Shown: piece by piece, positions 13,701 through 26,609 of the stretch
Numbering within the stretch: position 1 is the first letter of the stretch
How the letters are laid out: every line of letters starts with the position of its first letter
DNA from: Nemertoderma westbladi
Lineage: Eukaryota; Animalia; Xenacoelomorpha
Direction of reading: 5' to 3'
NCBI GenBank assembly: GCA_032718475.1
Contig: JAUCBJ010001551.1
Location: 83,495-147,494 of the forward strand
DNA length: 64,000 nt
Translations under genes and position numbers: made by a program
The notes under the pieces: generated by a model
The model's input: only the letters and a program-made list of their open reading frames with translations
The model's database searches: none
What the model was told of the DNA's origin: nothing

Positions 13701-16700
13701 TTAATTGTTATTGGTTACTGTTATATGTTAATTGATATTGGTTACTGGTATATGTTAATTGTTATTGGTTACTGGTATGGGTTAATTGTTATTGGTTACT
13801 GGTATATGTTAATTGATATTGGTTACTGGTATAGGTTAATTGTTATTGGTTACTGGTATATTTTAATTGATATTGGTTTCTGGTATATGTTAATTGTTAT
13901 TGGTTACTGGTATGGGTTAATTGTTATTGGTTACTGGTATATGTTAATTGATATTGGTTACTGGTATAGGTTAATTGTTATTGGTTACTGGTATATGTTA
14001 TTCGTTATTGGTTTCTGGTATTATGTTATTCGTTATTGGTTACTGGTATATGTTAATTGTTATTGGTTACTGGTATATGTTAATTGTTATTGGTTACTGG
14101 TATATGTTAATTGTTATTGGTTACTGGTATATGTTATTCGTTATTGGTTTCTGGTATTATGTTATTCGTTATTGGTTACTGGTATATGTTAATTGTTATT
14201 GGTTACTGGTATATGTTAATTGTTATTGGTTACTGGTATATGGTAATAGTTATTGGTTACTGGTTACTGGTATATGTTAATTGTTATTGGTTACTGGTAT
14301 ATGTTATTCGTTATTGGTTTCTGGTATTATGTTATTCGTTATTGGTTTCTGGTATTATGTTATTCGTTATTGGTTACTGGTATATGTTAATTGATATTGG
14401 TTACTGGTTACTGGTATATGTTATTCGTTATTGGTTTCTGGTATTATGTTATTCGTTATTGGTTTCTGGTATTATGTTATTCGTTATTGGTTACTGGTAT
14501 ATGTTAATTGTTATTGGTTACTGGTATATGTTAATTGTTATTGGTTACTGGTATATGTCAATTATTATTGGTTACTGGTATATGTCAATTATTATTGGTT
14601 ACTGGTATATGTTAATTGTTATTGGTTACTGGTATAGTTTAATTGTTATTGGTTACTGGTATATGTTAATTGTTATTGGTTACTGGTATATGTCAATTAT
14701 TATTGGTTACTGGTATATGTTAATTGATATTGGTTACTGGTATAGGTTAATTGTTATTGGTTACTGGTATATGTTAATTGTTATTGGTTACTGGTATATT
14801 TTAATTGTTATTGGTTACTGGTATATGTTAATTGATATTGGTTTCTGGTATATGTTAATTGTTATTGGTTACTGGTATATGGTAATTGTTATTGGTTACT
14901 GGTATATGTTAATTGATATTGGTTACTGGTATAGGTTAATTGTTATTGGTTACTGGTATATTTTAATTGTTATTGGTTACTGTTATATGTTAATTGTTAT
15001 TGGTTACTGGTATGGGTTAATTGTTATTGGTTACTGGTATATGTTAATTGATATTGGTTACTGGTATAGGTTAATTGTTATTGGTTACTGGTATATTTTA
15101 ATTGATATTGGTTTCTGGTATATGTTAATTGTTATTGGTTACTGGTATGGGTTAATTGTTATTGGTTACTGGTATATGTTAATTGATATTGGTTACTGGT
15201 ATAGGTTAATTGTTATTGGTTACTGGTATATGTTAATTGATATTGGTTACTGGTATATGTTAATTGTTATTGGTTACTGGTATATTTTAATTGTTATTTG
15301 TTACTGGTATATTTTAATTGTTATTGGTTACTGGTATATGTTAATTGATATTGGTTACTGGTATAGTTTAATTGTTATTGGTTACTGGTATATTTTAATT
15401 GTTATTTGTTACTGGTATATTTTAATTGTTATTGGTTACTGGTATATGTTAATTGATATTGGTTACTGGTATATGTTAATTGTTATTGGTTACTGGTATG
15501 GGTTAATTGTTATTGGTTACTGGTATATGTTAATTGATATTGGTTACTGGTATAGGTTAATTGTTATTGGTTACTGGTATATTTTAATTGATATTGGTTT
15601 CTGGTATATGTTAATTGTTATTGGTTACTGGTATGGGTTAATTGTTATTGGTTACTGGTATATGTTAATTGATATTGGTTACTGGTATAGGTTAATTGTT
15701 ATTGGTTACTGGTATATGTTAATTGATATTGGTTACTGGTATATGTTAATTGTTATTGGTTACTGGTATATTTTAATTGTTATTTGTTACTGGTATATTT
15801 TAATTGTTATTGGTTACTGGTATATGTTAATTGATATTGGTTACTGGTATAGTTTAATTGTTATTGGTTACTGGTATATTTTAATTGTTATTTGTTACTG
15901 GTATATTTTAATTGTTATTGGTTACTGGTATATGTTAATTGATATTGGTTACTGGTATAGGTTAATTGTTATTGGTTACTGGTATATTTTAATTGTTATT
16001 TGTTACTGGTATATTTTAATTGTTATTGGTTACTGGTATATGTTAATTGATATTGGTTACTGGTATAGTTTAATTGTTATTGGTTACTGGTATATGTTAA
16101 TTGTTATTTGTTACTGGTATATTTTAATTGTTATTGGTTACTGGTATATGTTAATTGATATTGGTTACTGGTATAGGTTAATTGTTATTGGTTACTGGTA
16201 TATTTTAATTGTCATTTGTTACTGGTATATTTTAATTGTTATTGGTTACTGGTATATGTTAATTGATATTGGTTACTGGTATAGGTTAATTGTTATTGGT
16301 TACTGGTATATTTTAATTGTTATTTGTTACTGGTATATTTTAATTGTTATTGGTTACTGGTATATGTTAATTGATATTGGTTACTGGTATAGTTTAATTG
16401 TTATTGGTTACTGGTATATTTTAATTGTTATTTGTTGCTGGTATATTTTAATTGTTATTGGTTACTGGTATATGTTAATTGATATTGGTTACTGGTATAG
16501 GTTAATTGTTATTGGTTACTGGTATATTTTAATTGTTATTGGTTACTGGTATATGTTAATTGATGTTGGTTACTGGTATAGTTTAATTGTTATTGGTTAC
16601 TGGTATATGTTAATTGATATTGGTTACTGGTATAGGTTAATTGTTATTGGTTACTGGTATATTTTAATTGTTATTTGTTACTGGTATATTTTAATTGTTA

Positions 16701-17007
16701 TTGGTTACTGGTATATGTTAATTGATATTGGTTACTGGTATAGGTTAATTGTTATTGGTTACTGGTATATTTTAATTGTTATTTGTTACTGGTATATTTT
16801 AATTGTTATTGGTTACTGGTATATGTTAATTGATATTGGTTACTGGTATAGGTTAATTGTTATTGGTTACTGGTATATTTTAATTGTTATTTGTTACTGG
16901 TATATTTTAATTGTTATTGGTTACTGGTATATGTTAATTGATGTTGGTTACTGGTATAGTTTAATTGTTATTGGTTACTGGTATAGGTTATTTGTTATTG
17001 GTCACTG
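7760..17007. repeat. About 9.2-kb, 27-bp intronic satellite (TTAATTGTTATTGGTTACTGGTATATG) with variant units and block duplications
   Basis: Fills almost all of the intron between exons 3 and 4; roughly 340 units. Confidence 0.97.
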
Positions 17008-17072
17008 AGATTAGCGGGTAGCTAGTTTATTGTTGTTTGTTAAGTTAATTGAATCAATTTGTATGATTTTAG

Positions 17073-17237
17073 TTGAGTGAAGAAGAAATCTCATCTGTTT
17101 TGCTGAGTACCCTAAAGGCATTAGAATACCTCCACTTTATGCGGAAGATTCACAGAGACATAAAGGCCGGTAACATCCTCCTTAACGTGCGGGGAGAGGC
17201 GAAACTTGCCGATTTCGGAGTCGCTGGTCATTTAGCA
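17073..17237 (+). CDS. STK3/STK4: Hippo/MST kinase exon 4
   Basis: ttttag|TTG AGT GAA...TTA GCA|gtttag; contains IHRDIKAGNILL and KLADFG; 165 nt. Confidence 0.95.
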
Positions 17238-17458
17238 GTTTAGTAAAACTTAAATTGAATGTTAACGAGCCGATATGTTATTATTGATTTGACGCAATAT
17301 ATAAATGTTATGATATCCATAGCATATCCGTCGTAATCTATTCGTATAATAATCTATTTCAATGGACCCTATTAACTCACTTTTAAGGTGTCAGTTGAGT
17401 TGACCCACTTTTACGAAATATATTTTATGAACCAAAAATACAGGATATTCATCACTAG

Positions 17459-17665
<207 letters not shown>

Positions 17666-17889
17666 TAGGAGGACAATCATATTATTTTATGTGCATCTCT
17701 AGGGCCGGATTTAGGTTGTGGGAGGCCCCAGGCCAAACTTTGTGATAGGGAAACTGATAGTAATTGATCACCACCAAACATCATTTATCTCTAACTTAAA
17801 GTATATTAACCTCGAACGAAGCGAGCGAAATTTTTTTACACGTTATTCAGCATTGGAAATTTGAAATGGAGTGGATTTTCTCTGTTAAG

Positions 17890-18075
17890 GGCTGGGAGCC
17901 CCTCCGGTTCGGAGGAAGGGTCCCTCCGGCTGGGAGCCCCTCCGGTTGGGAGCCCCTCCGGCTGCGAGCCCCTCCGGCTGGGAGCCCCTCCGGCTGGGAG
18001 CCCCTCCGGCTGCGAGCCCCTCCGGCTGGGAGCCCCTCCGGCTGGGAGCCCCTCCGGCTGGGAGCCCCTCCGGTT
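17890..18075. repeat. GC-rich 16-bp tandem repeat (GGGAGCCCCTCCGGCT)
   Basis: About 10 direct copies inside the hAT-like element. Confidence 0.9.
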
Positions 18076-18100
18076 CGGAGGCCCATATTCCGGCCCTCTA

Positions 18101-19376
18101 CATCCACGAAGCTAAGGAAAATCAACTACTTTCGCTAAGAAAAATTTTCCTTAGCTGAGATGGTCTATTCATAGTGGGCTATTTTACTTGTATGGGTCAG
18201 ATTTGGTTTTTTTTTGACCCCCGGCAAATCTAGCCTTTAAAAGTACCCTGAAATTTTGCATGTATATACTACTCGTCGAGGCGCATCTTTTGGGCCGGGT
18301 CTCATATCCAGGAAAAATCTGGTTTCCATGGCAACGGACTTAGAAAAAAGTCTATGTGTTTCAAGTCAATATTTATAACTCTATTTGTAGGAAAACTATA
18401 ATACATATAAACTTGGGGTTTCTCAACTCAACTATAAGGTCCATAGCAGAGCCGATTGAGGTTCAATAGAAAATCCAGTTGCCTTGGCAACCGGGCTAGA
18501 CAGATGTTAAAATTTACAAAATGTTAATTTGAAGCCTAAGGAGAAGGTGTTATGTCTTGGGACCAACCCCTACCCCCACTATGTGACTTATTCTGCGTCC
18601 GAATTTCATTGTTTAATTTTGCAGTTACCATGACAACCGCTGAAAACAGATGTTTTTATACAAAAATAACTCATTTGGACATAGACTTCGCGATAAAATT
18701 TTACGAAACTGGATATGTGTTATCTGGACCATTAGTTGGAACTTTTAGTGAAACTGAAAACATTCCAGAAATATCTTGTTACCATGGTAACTGGAGTTTA
18801 TTAAAGTCTAAATCATTCAAGTCTAAATTCAATACTCTATTTGTAGCAAAATAATGTAATAAATATAAATTTGGGGTTTTGCAACTCATCTGTAAGGTCC
18901 ATATACAATCCATTCGAGGTTAATTACACAATCCAATTACCATAGCAACAAGACTATTAAACACATGTTAAAATTTCTAAAATGATAATTTAAAACACAA
19001 GTTAATAGTATTATGACTTGGGACCAAGACCTACCCCCATTATATGACTTATTCTGCATCCGAATTACATTGTTCTATTTTTCAGTTTCCATGACAACCA
19101 CTGCAAACAGATGCATTTTGATAGAAAATCGGTAATTTGGACATAAACTACAATATTTTCTGAAACTTGGTATGTGTTATCTGAACCACAATCTGGACTG
19201 AATCTTTTTTCAAAGGTAAAACCAACAGTTCCAGAGAATTCTAGTTTCCATGGGAATATAAGTTATTTATTGGCAAATGCTACTAAACTAGGCTAAGCAA
19301 CAAACCAAATTGTGGCCCTTTGTTAAATTTTCCTTAGCTTCGTGGTTGCATTTCCTTTAGGAAATGCCTTTCTAGT
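18101..19376 (+). mobile_element. Non-autonomous Helitron/Helentron-like element
   Basis: Subterminal inverted repeat CCACGAAGCTAAGGAAAAT / ATTTTCCTTAGCTTCGTGG, 3' hairpin GCATTTCC-TTTA-GGAAATGC followed by CTAGT; diverged internal ~480-bp duplication. Confidence 0.65.
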
Positions 19377-19517
19377 ACTATATTTCCCAAAATATAATTT
19401 AATAATGTTTATTAATATAATAGGTAATTAAAATATTTTGTTATAATAATAATAATTAAAAAAATAATTTACTTATTTTTTTATTTTAAATTTATTGTAT
19501 TTTTTATGGGAAGCACC

Positions 19518-20337
19518 CATAGCGTGCTCTATTAAAGGCCTTGCAAACGTGCAGCCTTCAATATTTATGGAGGCTGGATTATAACCGCTAGCGTACTGCT
19601 TTACTGTGTGTGTGCAGGCATGGGGAGAGTTCTATAAATTTTCATTTGCCGCAATTTGGTCAATGGACGTAATTGAAGTCTCCTCGTTAAGGAAGATACT
19701 AGATTTTATGGTAGATAGTGTTTTAGGTAGGTTTGGCTAGTAATTTCAACACTGGTTCCGATATCCTACTTCCTTCTATAAATATTTTATAGTAGCTAGT
19801 TTTTATTTCCATTTGTATAGAAAATGTTCCAGAACATGTTAGCTATTAATTTTTAAAAAAATTATGTTCTAGAATAAATATTTTTGTTTAGAAAAAAATC
19901 TGGATTTGATTTAAAACGCATGGAATTGTTATAAAACGTGTTTAAAATCAATAAAAAATATTGTGAAAAAATTTAATTGAAAAAAAAATTTTGAAATTTT
20001 TTGTTTATTGATTTTAAACACGTTTTCGAACGATTCCATGCGTTTTAAATCGAATCCAGATTTTTTCTAAAAAATGTTCTAGAACAAAAAATATTTGTTC
20101 TAGAACATAATTTTTTAAAAATGAATAGCTAACATAGCTAACCATAAAATTTAGTATCTTGCTTAAAACGAGGAGGCTTCAATTACGTCCATTAACCAAA
20201 TTGCAACAAATGAAAATTTATAAAGCTCTCCCCATGCCTGCACAAACACAGTACAGCAGTACGCTGCCGGTTATAATCCAGCCTCCATAAATTATGAAGG
20301 CTGCACGCTTACAAGGCCTTTAATAGAGTACACTATG
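19518..20337. mobile_element. Foldback MITE (P- or hAT-like), nearly fully palindromic
   Basis: Termini CATAGCGTGCTCTATTAAAGG / CCTTTAATAGAGTACACTATG; perfect 8-bp TSD GAAGCACC (19510-19517, 20338-20345); long inverted arms. Confidence 0.88.
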
Positions 20338-20494
20338 GAAGCACCCTAGATATGGGAGGCCTTAGGCCACGGTCTAGCTGGCCTAAGCCTAAATCCGGCT
20401 ATGTCCATCTCCCGACTGCTGATGTGCACCCCCCCCCCCCCCCCCCCCCTCCACATCCAGGATGTTATTTAACAACGAAGCCCCAGCGCTGCAG

Positions 20495-23400
20495 TTTGTT
20501 TTACTTTATTTGTTACTCAGGCCATCTTTATAATCCCCAGTTTGTATTACTTTATTTGTTACCCAGGCCATCTTTATGATCCCCAGTTTGTATTACTTTA
20601 TTTGTTACCCAGGCCATCTTTATAATCCCCAGTTTGTATTACTTTATTTGTTACCCAGGCCATCTTTATGATCCCCAGTTTGTATTACTTTATTTGTTAC
20701 TCAGGCCATCTTTATGATCCCCAGTTTTTATTACTTTATTTGTTACCCAGGCCATCTTTATGATCCCTAGTTTGTATTACTTTATTTGTTACCCAGGCCA
20801 TCTTTATGATCCCCAGTTTGTATTACTTTATTTGTTACTCAGGCCATCTTTATGATCCCCAGTTTGTATTACTTTATTTTTACCCAGGCCATCTTTATGA
20901 TCCCCAGTTTGTATTACTTTATTTGTTACTCAGGCCATCTTTATGATCCCCAGTTTGTATTACTTTATTTTTACCCAGGCCATCTTTATGATCCCCAGTT
21001 TGTATTACTTTATTTGTTACTCAGGCCATCTTTATGATCCCCAGTTTGTATTACTTTATTTTTACCCAGGCCATCTTTATGATCCCCAGTTTGTATTACT
21101 TTATTTGTTACCCAGGCCATCTTTATGATCCCCAGTTTGTATTACTTTATTTGTTACTCAGGCCATCTTTATGATCCCCAGTTTGTATTACTTTATTTGT
21201 TACTCAGGCCATCTTTATGATCCCCAGTTTGTATTACTTTATTTGTTACCCAGGCCATCTTTATGATCCCCAGTTTGTATTACTTTATTTGTTACCCAGG
21301 CCATCTTTATGATCCCCAGTTTGTATTACTTTATTTGTTACTCAGGCCATCTTTATGATCCCCAGTTTGTATTACTTTATTTGTTACTCAGGCCATCTTT
21401 ATGATCCCCAGTTTGTATTACTTTATTTGTTACCCAGGCCATCTTTATGATCCCCAGTTTGTATTACTTTATTTGTTACTCAGGCCATCTTTATGATCCC
21501 CAGTTTGTATTACTTTATTTGTTACCCAGGCCATTTTTATGATACCCAGTTTGTATTACTTTATTTTTACCCAGGCCATCTTTATGATCCCCAGTTTGTA
21601 TTACTTTATTTGTTACCCAGGCCATCTTTATGATCCCCAGTTTGTATTACTTTATTTGTTACTCAGGCCATCTTTATGATCCCCAGTTTGTATTACTTTA
21701 TTTGTTACCCAGGCCATCTTTATGATCCCCAGTTTGTATTACTTTATTTGTTACCCAGGCCATCTTTATGATCCCCAGTTTGTATTACTTTATTTGTTAC
21801 CCAGGCCATCTTTATGATCCCCAGTTTGTATTACTTTATTTGTTACTCAGGCCATCTTTATGATCCCCAGTTTGTATTACTTTATTTGTTACTCAGGCCA
21901 TCTTTATGATCCCCAGTTTGTATTACTTTATTTGTTACCCAGGCCATCTTTATGATCCCCAGTTTGTATTACTTTATTTGTTACTCAGGCCATCTTTATG
22001 ATCCCCAGTTTGTATTACTTTATTTGTTACTCAGGCCATCTTTATGATCCCCAGTTTGTATTACTTTATTTGTTACTCAGGCCATCTTTATGATCCCCAG
22101 TTTGTATTACTTTATTTGTTACCCAGGCCATCTTTATGATCCCCAGTTTGTATTACTTTATTTGTTACTCAGGCCATCTTTATGATCCCCAGTTTGTATT
22201 ACTTTATTTGTTACCCAGGCCATTTTTATGATCCCCAGTTTGTATTACTTTATTTTTACCCAGGCCATCTTTATGATCCCCAGTTTGTATTACTTTATTT
22301 GTTACCCAGGCCATCTTTATGATCCCCAGTTTGTATTACTTTATTTGTTACCCAGGCCATCTTTATGATCCCCAGTTTGTATTACTTTATTTGTTACCCA
22401 GGCCATCTTTATGATCCCCAGTTTGTATTACTTTATTTGTTACCCAGGCTATCTTTATTATCCCCAGTTTGTATTACTTTATTTGTTACCCAGGCCATCT
22501 TTATGATCCCCAGTTTGTATTACTTTATTTGTTACCCAGGCCATCTTTATGATCCCCAGTTTGTATTACTTTATTTGTTACCCAGGCCATCTTTATGATC
22601 CCCAGTTTGTATTACTTTATTTGTTACCCAGGCCATCTTTATGATCCCCAGTTTGTATTACTTTATTTGTTACCCAGGCCATCTTTATGATCCCCAGTTT
22701 GTATTACTTTATTTATTACTCAGGCCATCTTTATGATCCCCAGTTTGTATTACTTTATTTGTTACCCAGGCCATCTTTATGATCCCCAGTTTGTATTACT
22801 TTATTTGTTACTCAGGCCATCTTTATGATCCCCAGTTTGTATTATATTTTATTGGTTACCCAGGCCATCTTTATGATCCCCAGTTTGTATTACTTTATTT
22901 GTTACCCAGGCAGGCCATCTTTATGATCCCCAGTTTGTATTACTTTATTTGTTACCCAGGCAGGCCGGCCATCTTTATGATCCCCAGTTTGTATTACTTT
23001 ATTTGTTACCCAGGCCATCTTTATGATCCCCAGTTTGTATTACTTTATTTGTTACCCAGGCCATCTTTATGATCCCCAGTTTGTATTACTTTATTTGTTA
23101 CCCAGGCCATCTTTATGATCCCCAGTTTGTATTACTTTATTTGATACCCAGGCCATCTTTATGATCCCCAGTTTGTATTACTTTATTTGTTACCCAGGCC
23201 ATCTTTATGATCCCTAGTTTGTATTACTTTATTTGTTACCCAGGCCATCTTTATGATCCCCAGTTTGTATTACTTTATTTGTTACCCAGGCCATCTTTAT
23301 GATCCCTAGTTTGTATTACTTTATTTGTTACTCAGGCCATCTTTATGATCCCCAGTTTGTATTACTTTATTTGTTACCCAGGCCATCTTTATGATCCCTA

Positions 23401-24598
23401 GTTTGTATTACTTTATTTGTTACTCAGGCCATCTTTATGATCCCCAGTTTGTATTACTTTATTTGTTACCCAGGCCATCTTTATGATCCCCAGTTTGTAT
23501 TACTTTATTTGTTACTCAGGCCATCCGTATGATCCCCAGTTTGTATTACTTTATTTGTTACCCAGGCCATCTTTATGATCCCCAGTTTGTATTACTTTAT
23601 TTGTTACCCAGGCCATCTTTATGATCCCCAGTTTGTATTACTTTATTTGTTACCCAGGCCATCTTTATGATCCCCAGTTTGTATTACTTTATTTGTTACC
23701 CAGGCCATCTTTATGATCCCCAGTTTGTATTACTTTATTTGTTACCCAGGCCATCTTTATCATCCCCAGTTTGTATTACTTTATATGTTACCCAGGCCAT
23801 CTTTATGATCCCCAGTTTGTATTACTTTATTTGTTACCCAGGCCATCTTTATTATCCCCAGTTTGTATTACTTTGTTTGTTACCCAGGCCATCTTTATGA
23901 TCCCCAGTTTGTATTACTTTATTTGTTACCCAGGCCATCTTTATGATCCCCAGTTTGTATTACTTTATTTGTTACCCAGGCCATCTTTATGATCCCCAGT
24001 TTGTATTACTTTATTTGTTACCCAGGCCATCTTTATGATCCCCAGTTTGTATTACTTTATTTGTTACTCAGGCCATCTTTATGATCCCCAGTTTGTATTG
24101 CTTTATTTGTTACTCAGGCCATCCGTATGATCCCCAGTTTGTATTACTTTATTTGTTACCCAGGCCATCTTTATGATCCCCAGTTTGTATTACTTTATTT
24201 GTTACTCAGGCCATCTTTATGATCCCCAGTTTGTATTGCTTTATTTGTTACTCAGGCCATCCGTATGATCCCCAGTTTGTATTACTTCATTTGTTACCCA
24301 GGCCATCTTTATGATCCCCAGTTTGTATTGCTTTATTTGTTACTCAGGCCATCCGTATGATCCCCAGTTTGTATTACTTTATTTGTTACCCAGGCCATCT
24401 TTATGATCCCCAGTTTGTATTACTTTATTTGTTACCCAGGCCATCTTTATGATCCCCAGTTTGTATTACTTTATTTGTTACTCAGGCCTTCTTTATGATC
24501 CCCAGTTTGTATTACTTTATTTATTACCCAGGCCATCTTTATGATCCCCAGTTTGTATTAATTTATTTGTTACTCAGGCCATCTTTATGATCCCCAGT
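20495..24598 (+). repeat. 46-bp tandem array made of the exon-6 splice acceptor plus the first 20 nt of exon 6, about 89 copies
   Basis: Unit tttgtattactttatttgttacycag|GCCATCTTTATGATCCCCAG; the last copy runs into the real exon (AIFMIPSKPPP). Confidence 0.97.
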
Positions 24599-24715
24599 AA
24601 ACCTCCACCTGTGTTAACTGATCGCGACAAATGGTCAAATGAGTTTAACGATTTCTTATCGAAATGTTTGGTAAAAGACCAAGACGATCGAAGTACAGCT
24701 ACAATGCTGTTACAG
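24578..24715 (+). CDS. STK3/STK4: Hippo/MST kinase exon 6
   Basis: actcag|GCC ATC TTT ATG ATC CCC AGT AAA CCT...TTA CAG|gtattt; AIFMIPSKPPPVLTDRDKWSNEFNDFLSKCLVKDQDDRSTATMLLQ; 138 nt. Confidence 0.95.
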
Positions 24716-25597
24716 GTATTTTCTGTTATTCATATCGATATATCGGGTTTTGTACAATAATATTTATATGTCCTGGAATTAAGGGGGGAGGATGGGGGGG
24801 GGGGGGGGGGGGGGGGGGGGTAGCGGACTGGTTAGCTGGTCTATACCCCCTTCCTCGTAATATTTTCAAAAATTTTGTTTTTTGTTTCATCTAGAGCAGA
24901 ATTTCACGAGGATCTCAAATCTGAAAACTATTTAGCGAGATATCCTGTAGTTCTCGTGGTGTCGCTATTTTTCCATACGATGTTCTGTCCGTCAAATTGT
25001 ACGACATACAGACCAACGACAAACAGACTAGATGCCGGCAAACATTATAACTGACATCGGAAATGAAATCAACGACCCCGAAAAAACCCCGTATTGAAAA
25101 GTTTAACTCAGTGGTTTAACTGTATTTAACGCTCTTCCTTCGTGCCGGCAGTGATTAACCAACCAGACCCCAGGCAGCCAGTTTTGTGCGGGAATGTTTA
25201 AAATAATATCAGAATGACATTTTTCAAATTACTATTCCTCCGTTATTTTTAACAGATTTTCTTTACTTTAGGCTCTTGTTCTTCCGAAAGTGTTTCGGTA
25301 GATCTTATGGAATTTTGATAAATATTTTTACATTTTGTTTAATTACCCGATTTTAATTAAAATTAAGTTAAAATCGTTATAATTAATTAATTAAATTTAA
25401 AATGGCTATTTGGAGATTCTATATAACTTTCGTATATTCGATGGCGCAGAGCCAAAAAGCTGGTTCAATAAATTAGGGGAACGATTGGGGGAGTAGTAGA
25501 GGGGGTAGCAATAACTTTCAAATTATTGTCTAGAGGCTATTTGGCCTTCCATGCAGCTGGTTGACATTGATAAAATATCCATATTTATTCTTCACAG

Positions 25598-25702
25598 CAT
25601 CCATTCGTTCGGAATGCCAAATCACCCACCCAGTCATTGACGGCAATGCTAAATGAAGCTCGACTCGTTAAAGAAACATTATCTAACCAATCAGACGAAT
25701 CG
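25598..25702 (+). CDS. STK3/STK4: Hippo/MST kinase exon 7
   Basis: tcacag|CAT CCA TTC GTT...GAA TCG|gtgagt; HPFVRNAKSPTQSLTAMLNEARLVKETLSNQSDES; 105 nt. Confidence 0.9.
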
Positions 25703-26506
25703 GTGAGTATAAAGAAGCATTATCTAACCAATCAGACGAATCGGTGAGTATAAAGAAATATTATCTAACCAATCAGACGAAATCGGTGAGTATAAAGAAA
25801 TATTATCTAACCAATCAGACGAATCGATGAGTTTAAATAAATATTATCTAACCAATCAGACGAATCGGTGAGTATAAAGAAATATTATGTAACCAATCAG
25901 ATGAATCAGTGAGTTTAAATAAATATTATCTAACCAATCAGACGAATCGGTGAGTATAAAGAAATATTATCTAACCAATCAGATGAATCGGTGAGTTTAA
26001 ATAAATATAATCTAACCAATCAGATGAATCGGTGAGTTTAACGAAACATTATCTAACCAATCAGACGAATCGATGAGTTTAAATAAATATTATCTAACCA
26101 ATCAGATGAATCGGTGAGTTTAACGAAACATTATCTAACCAATCAGACGAATCGATGAGTTTAAATAAATATTATCTAACCAATCAGACGAATCGGTGAG
26201 TATAAAGAAATATTATGTAACCAATCAGATGAATCAGTGAGTTTAAATAAATATTATCTAACCAATCAGACGAATCGGTGAGTATAAAGAAATATTATCT
26301 AACCAATCAGATGAATCGGTGAGTTTAAATAAATATAATCTAACCAATCAGATGAATCGGTGAGTTTAACGAAACATTATCTAACCAATCAGACGAATCG
26401 ATGAGTTTAAATAAATATTATCTAACCAATCAGATGAATCGGTGAGTTTAACGAAACATTATCTAACCAATCAGACGAATCGGTGGGTATTAAGAAATAT
26501 TATCTC
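25670..26506 (+). repeat. 41-bp tandem array made of the last 33 nt of exon 7 plus the splice donor, about 20 copies
   Basis: Unit AAAGAAACATTATCTAACCAATCAGACGAATCG|gtgagtat; the first copy is the coding exon end. Confidence 0.95.
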
Positions 26507-26609
26507 ACGTCTGAGGACTCGATATGAGGCTATGACTGTAAAGTCTGTGAATATTTATTTATTCATTGTACATTATACTTTATGTGTAACCGACTCATTT
26601 ATTTCATGA

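Larger units (their letters stand above)
17700..20403. mobile_element. Non-autonomous hAT-like DNA transposon containing nested elements
   Basis: TIRs TAGGGCCGGATTTAGG / CCTAAATCCGGCTATG; 8-bp TSD TGCATCTC (17692-17699) vs TCCATCTC (20404-20411). Confidence 0.7.

Noticed and set aside
8212-17008. Long hydrophobic ORFs (up to 965 aa, LIVIGYWY repeats)
   Set aside because: They are translations of a 27-bp satellite that lacks stops in one frame, and they lie inside a Hippo intron bounded by canonical splice sites.
20852-23992. Short MIPSLYYF ORFs as tandem alternative exons (Dscam-like)
   Set aside because: Units hold only 20 nt of exon, have no good donor and hit stops; they are not complete cassette exons.
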